Source of the DNA: Blasia pusilla
Taxonomy: Eukaryota
NCBI GenBank assembly: GCA_050084515.1
Contig: CM114271.1
Location: 44,144,001 to 44,208,000, forward strand
Direction: 5' to 3'
DNA length: 64,000 bases
The first letter of the stretch is position 1. Every line of letters begins with the position of its first letter. This document shows, one piece after another, positions 57,877-64,000 of the stretch. A model generated the notes under the pieces. The model did not search any database, was not told the origin of the DNA, and saw nothing but the letters and a program-made list of their open reading frames with translations. Both the position numbers and the translations under genes were made by a program.

Positions 57877-58340
57877 CTCAGAGAGAGAGAACGATAGCGA
57901 GATTTCTCACTTGATGACATTGTTGTGTGTCTAGGTGTGGTCCAAGCATAGGAGTATGGGTTGAAGTTCTTTTGGCTAGGGGCAAGCCAACTCTCTTTGT
58001 TGAGAGCAAGAGAAAAATCTATGAAACACGAGCAACTCGGGCATGAGGCGGCCGAGCTCTCCTTGCAATTTCTCAAGAAACCTAGATTCAAACTAAAGCG
58101 GGCCAAACGCTGGAAATGTCTTAAGAGAATGTGGGAAAGCACGCCGACCGACGTATCTTGAAATATTGTAATTAGGTCCAAATAAGATGATGGCGGCCTA
58201 ATTAATTAGGTCCTAAAACCTGGTAGTAGTTATAGAATAGCAAATAGCGGAAAAGGTAGATGCAATTGTTTAATTATTACTGAAAGGATAAACTAGTCTT
58301 ATTTTTCTAATGGATTATTAAATAAAATTATTAAAATTAT
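56400..58340. repeat. Long inverted repeat: arms ~56400-56890 and ~57800-58340, spacer ~900 bp
   Basis: catcatcttatttggacctaattacaatattt, gctttcccacattctcttaagacatttccagcg and tttcatagatttttctcttgctctcaacaaagagagt appear reverse-complemented in the right arm; (TC)n faces (GA)n. Confidence 0.9.
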
Positions 58341-59039
58341 TGTAGGAGGAAGATGTTTGACGGCTTGAGGGGTTGGAGTAAGGTGGTTATAGTAGAGAAT
58401 AAGTTAGTCAAAAATGAGATTAATTGGAGAAAAAGGGATAGTATTGGTGGAGAGAGGAAGGAGAGTGTTAAAATTGAATTTGCATAGGGTGGTTAAATTG
58501 GAAACTAGGTTAGTTGGGAATAAAAGTAGGTAAATAATTTAGGATATGTGAAAAAGAAATGTGAGTATGAGGACAAATTTTTTTCTTTCTAAATGGTGAT
58601 TAATAGAGATGGCTTAGTAATAAATTTTAAAAGGGGCTAGATGATATGGGGAGTTTGAAGGGTTCATTGCCTTCTTTCATCCTCCCTATATAAACTTGCT
58701 CATTTCTTCTATACCCTCACAATCTCATTCCTCCCTTCATGTGTCACTCTCTTTTGTGGAAGTTTTTTTCTCCATAGATAGTTGAGCTTGATAAGTGAGA
58801 ATATGTTTCGCCACTAGATAACCCTGATAATTGAAGATATCTCGATTACCTAGGTTAGCATAGTGATCTCTCTTACTCATAGTGAGTGTTTCAAGTTTGT
58901 CATTGGAGCATTCACGAATAATATTTGGTGTATTTGCATACATTTTATTGGTCGATATAATTATTATTGACATTGTAACATTGTTGCGAATTATCCAAAT
59001 ATTGTTGGGTGGATGTTAGTGTCTGCATGTGTTAGTAGT

Positions 59040-61546
59040 CATGACCAAAGTCAGAGAGCTCCAACAGATCGTGAAGGAACATTGGGAAGAAGTATAGAGT
59101 GAAGGTGGAACATCAAGCAAATGGCAGTGTTAGTATTGTTTCTATTCTTTCAAAACCTATGATAGCACTCACATGATGGAGTATTTTACACGAGAGAGAC
59201 GAAAGATAAAGGATGGGAATCATGATACCCATCATGCCAAATCATGTGTGAAGGTCCCTCCTAGCATACAACGGGATCTCCGAAGAAGGGTACTGATGGG
59301 AAATGGACAAAGAAGGGAAGCGAGACCCTCGAGTGAAGTTGAGAAGATGACGCCATTACAAATAGGTTCTACACAAATAGGAAATAGTGTTCAGGTTGTG
59401 TCAAGTGTTGATGGGGTTGCGGACATGCCAGTGTGTGAGACTCTTGAGGAATGCAGAGAAGTTGTTGGGCCGATGCGAGGAAGTAGTAGTTCTGGGAAGA
59501 AGCAATTGATCTGAGGGATTCTTTCAACATGCAAGAAATAGAAGTTGAAATTAATATGTGGGCAAAGTATTTCTACAAATGTGGAATACCATTCAACGTA
59601 GTACGACAAGATGCTTTTAACGAAGCAGTTTTGGCAACAACAAAGGTGAAGGGTTACTCGGGTCCTATTTATAATTCGTTGCGCACCATCCAACTTGAGA
59701 AACATATGGGGAAGGTGAAGGAAAAGGTAGATATCATATTGGATAATTTGAGTTTAGGGGCCACAATCATCACGTATTCTTGGACCAATATAAAGAGTGA
59801 GTGTTTAGTGAACATTATGGTCTCGTGTCCACAAGATGAGATCATGATTGAGTCGGTAGATACCAAGGGGGAATCCCAAACGGTAGAATGGTTGGCAGGT
59901 CACATAGAGAGGACTATCATGTGCATCGGTCCAAAGAATGTGTTGCAGCTTGTGATAGACAATGTTGGAAATGAGCAAGCAGCAGGGAAACTAATTGAAG
60001 AAAAGTTTCCTCATATTCTTTGGGGTGGATGCGTATCACATTCTCTTGATCTAGTATGTGAAAAATGATGAAAATGTCCATGGATGGATATGATTTTTGC
60101 ACAAGCTCGTGAGATGGTAGTATTTTTGAAGACTAGAACTTGGGTGATGGCCGAATTCATGGAAACCAATCGAGTGAAGAGACGATTATTGCTTCCTACA
60201 AACACACGCTTTGCTACAAACTTTATCATATAGGGACATGTCTTAGAATTGAGGGAGGCGTTCCATGCCATGGTTGCCACAAATCCATTTAGGGAGTATT
60301 TCAATGGGAGGGATGCGAGGAAAAGGGAGAAGGCACGAGAAATTGAGACTATTGTGGCCAATCATGATTGTTGGATAAAGGTGAGGAGTTTTTTGATGCG
60401 GCTTTGCCAACTATCACTTTGTTTAGAGAGTGTGATGGTCATAAAGCAATGACGGGGCATATTTATAGCCGTATATTTGAGATAATGGAAGAGACCCGTT
60501 CTTTTCCAATAATCCCATGGCCAGGCGTGGGTGGAAGGTGTCGTGGTTCTTTTTTGACAATGTCCAGAGCTATGGATATGGTTAATGTTATTTCTAGGCG
60601 ATGGGCACTTATCCACAACAAGTTACATGCAATAGGGTGGTACATTCTCGCCCATTACAATCTTCTTGATAGTGTGCAAGACGTCACTTCAAATGTTGAG
60701 TGCATGAGAGATTTCGAAAAATATATGAAACTATATGCAAAGGGGGTGCATAGCCTCAATATCACGGAGGTAATTTCTTTTGTAGGTACTTGTTTGTAAG
60801 AGTTTGGCAACATTGTGAACCATCACAAAGTATTTGTGGATGAGTTTGGTAAGGAAGACGTCGATTCACTTAGTCCCTCTTATTAGTGGAGCATGCACAG
60901 TCAATGTGCACCAACATTACGCTATGTGGCTAAGTCTGTATTAGCACAAGTTTCTTCCTCTTCAGCAGAGAGAAATTGGAGTAGTTATGGTTTTATCCAC
61001 AACAAGCATAGGAATAAATTGAGCAATGAGCATGCCAGGGATTTGGTGTACATCTACACAAACTCAAGGTTTGGAGACAAGGATGTTTCTTGGAAATCAA
61101 GACAAGGACTCATGTACGAGCAATAATTTTTTGAAAGGGATGGACAATAACAAGCTATAAGGGTTGTAGAAGATGGTAGTGAGTCTAGCTTACATGCACG
61201 AAACCGTGATGGCAATCATGAAGATAACCTTGACTTGCAAGATGAGGGCCTATAGGATGTGGATGTGCTATCTGGAAATTATGGCACGGTTGGCATTGAA
61301 GGAAGTCAGGAAACTCATGTCGGAAACACTCAAAATGTTGACTGCGACGGGCTCGGAAGAGATGAAGATGACGATGTAATGGAACATTGGATTCGAGAGC
61401 ACGCTGATAAGCAACAACAGAGGACTTCAAGAGAAGTGAATCTACCCAGCACTTCAACTAACACAACCTACGACCCTCAGATTTTCGCACAAGTAGGAAT
61501 TCAAAATTATTCCACCGAGTCTTGTGAACCTATGCAAGATTCTTGA
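59040..61546 (+). pseudogene. hAT-superfamily transposase (DUF659-type), decayed
   Basis: CGIPFNVV, WTN, VIDN, GCVSHSLDL, TRFAT and the dimerisation motif SSSSAERNWSSYGFIHNKHRNKL; several stops and frameshifts; TIRs not confidently located. Confidence 0.88.
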
Positions 61547-61547
61547 A

Positions 61548-62880
61548 CAAGATGAAAAATGAAAGGACTCCATTTTCATTGAAGGTTTAACGGCGCAGGA
61601 CAAAAAATGAGTTAATAAATTTTTAGGTTTTGGTCACAACTCCATTGGACTTGAAACTTTGCAAGGAATCTACATATATCTTGGGAATCAAATATACCAA
61701 GTTTCAATTCAAGATGAAAAACTTGGACAAGATGAAAAATGGAAAGAATCTATTTTGAAGGGCACAAGTCAAAAGATGAGTTAATAAAATTTGAGATTTT
61801 GGTCACAACTCCATTGGACTTGAAACTTTTCTAAGGAGCTAAATGCAACCTGGAAATCATGCCTAACAAGTTTCAAGAAGATGAGATATTTGTACAAGAT
61901 GAAAAATGGAAAGAACCCATTTTGAATTGGAGGTTTAAGGGAGCGGGTCAAAAGATGAGTTAATAAGTTTTGAGGTTTTGGTCACAACTCCATTGCACTT
62001 GAAACTTTTCAAAGGGGCTAAATGAGCCCACGGAATCATGTCTACCAAGTTTAAATTCAAGATGACATACTTGGAGAAGATGAAAATTGAAAGGACTCCA
62101 TTTTCATTGGAGTTTTAAGGGCGCGCATCAAAAAATGATATGATAAATTTTGAGGTTTTTTTCACGACTCCATTGGACTTGTAACTTTTCAAGGGAGATA
62201 CGTACACCTTGGGGATACTTTCAAAGGAGCTACATGCGCCCACGGAAGCATGTCTACCAAGTTTAAATTCAAGATGACATACTTGGAGAAGATGAAAAAT
62301 GAAAAGACTCCTTTTTCATATGAGCTTTAAGGTCGCGAGTGAACAAATGATATGATAAATTTTGAGGTTTTGGTCAAGACTCCATTGGACGTAAAAAATT
62401 GTAAGGGAGCTACATACATCCTGGGGATCATGTCCACCAAGTTTCAATTCAAGATGACTTACTTGGGCAAGATGAAAAATGAAAGGACTCCATTTTCATT
62501 GGAGGTTTAAGGGCGCGAGTCAAAAAATGAGTTAATAACTTTTGAGGTTTTGGTCACAACTCCATTGGACTTGAAACTTTGCAAGGAATCTACATACACC
62601 CTGCGGATCATGTCTACCAAGTTTCAATTCAAGATGACTTACTGCAAGATGAAAAATGAAAGGACTCCATTTTCATTGGAGGTTTAAGCTCGCGGGTCAA
62701 AAAATGATATAATAAATTTTGAGGTTTTGGTCACAACTCCATTGGAGTTAAAACTTTGCAAGGGAGCTAAATTCACCTTGGGGATCATGTATACAAAGTT
62801 TCAATTGAATATGATATACTTAGACAAGATGAAAAATGAAAGGACTCCATTTTCATTGGAGGTTTAACGACGCCGGTCAT
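61548..62880. repeat. ~180-bp tandem repeat, about 7 units, probably hAT subterminal
   Basis: caagatgaaaaatgaaaggactccattttcattggaggtttaag...ggtcacaactccattggacttgaaacttt recurs near 61548, 61728, 61895, 62075, 62288, 62468, 62645 and 62825. Confidence 0.92.
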
Positions 62881-64000
62881 AAGTTCACAAGTAGCTTCTT
62901 AGCGAGGGCTAACACCCTTAATAGTATGATTTTCCTTATCAAGTAGAATTAAAAAACTTTATAAAATATGTAAACTATTTTTTTATAGAATAAACATAAT
63001 AATTAAATTTATATCAAACAAACATTTCAATCGTTGTACCTTCCACCGTACCCAAGGACTTAGAACCCTAGAGAAAACTTTGATCCATCTCATCAACTCA
63101 CTTTATGGACAACATTCAAAACTGACTCATCTTCACAAGTCTCCAAAGTGAATTTTTTTGAAGTATTTCTTACAAAAAGTGAGTGGTACAGCACATTTCC
63201 ATTGCTTTGAGAGGAACCTCATACTTATGTACATTACAAAAATTTATATATGAAATCATCCTATCTAATCTGATTCATCCTCGTGGAGGGGAAACACGCA
63301 TGAATAAAGCTAGGGGAAGAGATAGAAGTGTTGGTGAGACGTATGCACCGGTGTTAGATATATCTGATGTAACTCAAGGTTGGCTTCACAATCATCTGTT
63401 TCTTGTGTTGGCTGTGTTGGAAACATCTCCCACTCCCTCTCGAAGAATCCAAAAAGTTCCTCCTGCATACAAGAGGGGTAATAGTATGTTCGAGGATATC
63501 TCCCTTCCTTCCTTAGAGGAATATCTTGTCATAAGAAAGGTGGAAATATTAATTCGAGTCTCCTCAAGAAAATATCATCCACCAATGGATTGTGGTAATT
63601 TTTGTGCACAAGTTGTCGAGCAGTGTTAAGAGCATCCCGAACTTCTTGTGCATTCAACCCTTGAGCAAAGAAGAAGTTTTTTGCCTCTCAATCTTGGATA
63701 TTTATGGGAGTTATGTGAATAAGCTTCCCTCGATTGTACATGTCAATGAAGGGGACTAGCCACGCTCGCATAGCCCAATCGATCCTTTGCTGACGTGGGA
63801 TTTCAGCGCAAACCACCCCATCTATGTTGGCTTCGGGGTTGTAATTTGATCGGGGGTTGTGACTTCCCAAGCTGAAAGTGAAATTATCTTGCTCTTGGGT
63901 CCGCTTGCCATGCGTTGGTGGTGCATTACTGTCGGGAGCGCAGAAAGAGATGCCAAAGAGATGATAAAGTCTTCCTGACCAAGCTTGTCTACAAGTTGGA

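Noticed and set aside
57596-62918. hAT terminal inverted repeats (cagggtgtgggc / gctaacaccct)
   Set aside because: Only about 7 bp match and no 8-bp TSD, so the boundaries were left undefined.

Overview
Repeat-rich plant nuclear DNA, most likely from a non-seed land plant (inferred from an intron-rich DRM gene plus CRE-, RTEX- and Ty3-type elements). The one clear host gene is an intact DRM-type de novo cytosine methyltransferase (minus strand, about 29460-33972). I predict 12 coding exons, about 786 aa and four UBA-like repeats. Most of the rest is nested, decayed transposons: a Ty1/Copia element, a 5'-truncated CRE-like non-LTR element with an 11-bp TSD, a full-length RTEX/L1-like LINE bounded by (GA)n tracts, Helitron helicase and hAT transposase relics, MITEs, and 87-bp and ~180-bp tandem arrays. 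The most notable system is a multi-copy Ty3/Gypsy family with four unusual traits. (1) A canonical-order, DNMT3-like C5 methyltransferase lies in the same frame directly after gag-protease. (2) The integrase has a C-terminal PHD finger. (3) The apparent primer-binding site is complementary to the element's own predicted transcript start instead of a tRNA. (4) The terminal repeats are split and permuted (A-internal-B-A-B, A-internal-B, solo A-B; 4-bp TSD), which fits integration from a circular cDNA opened at an internal GACA-nn-TGTC site. No single copy in the window is complete, so the full element is a composite inference.
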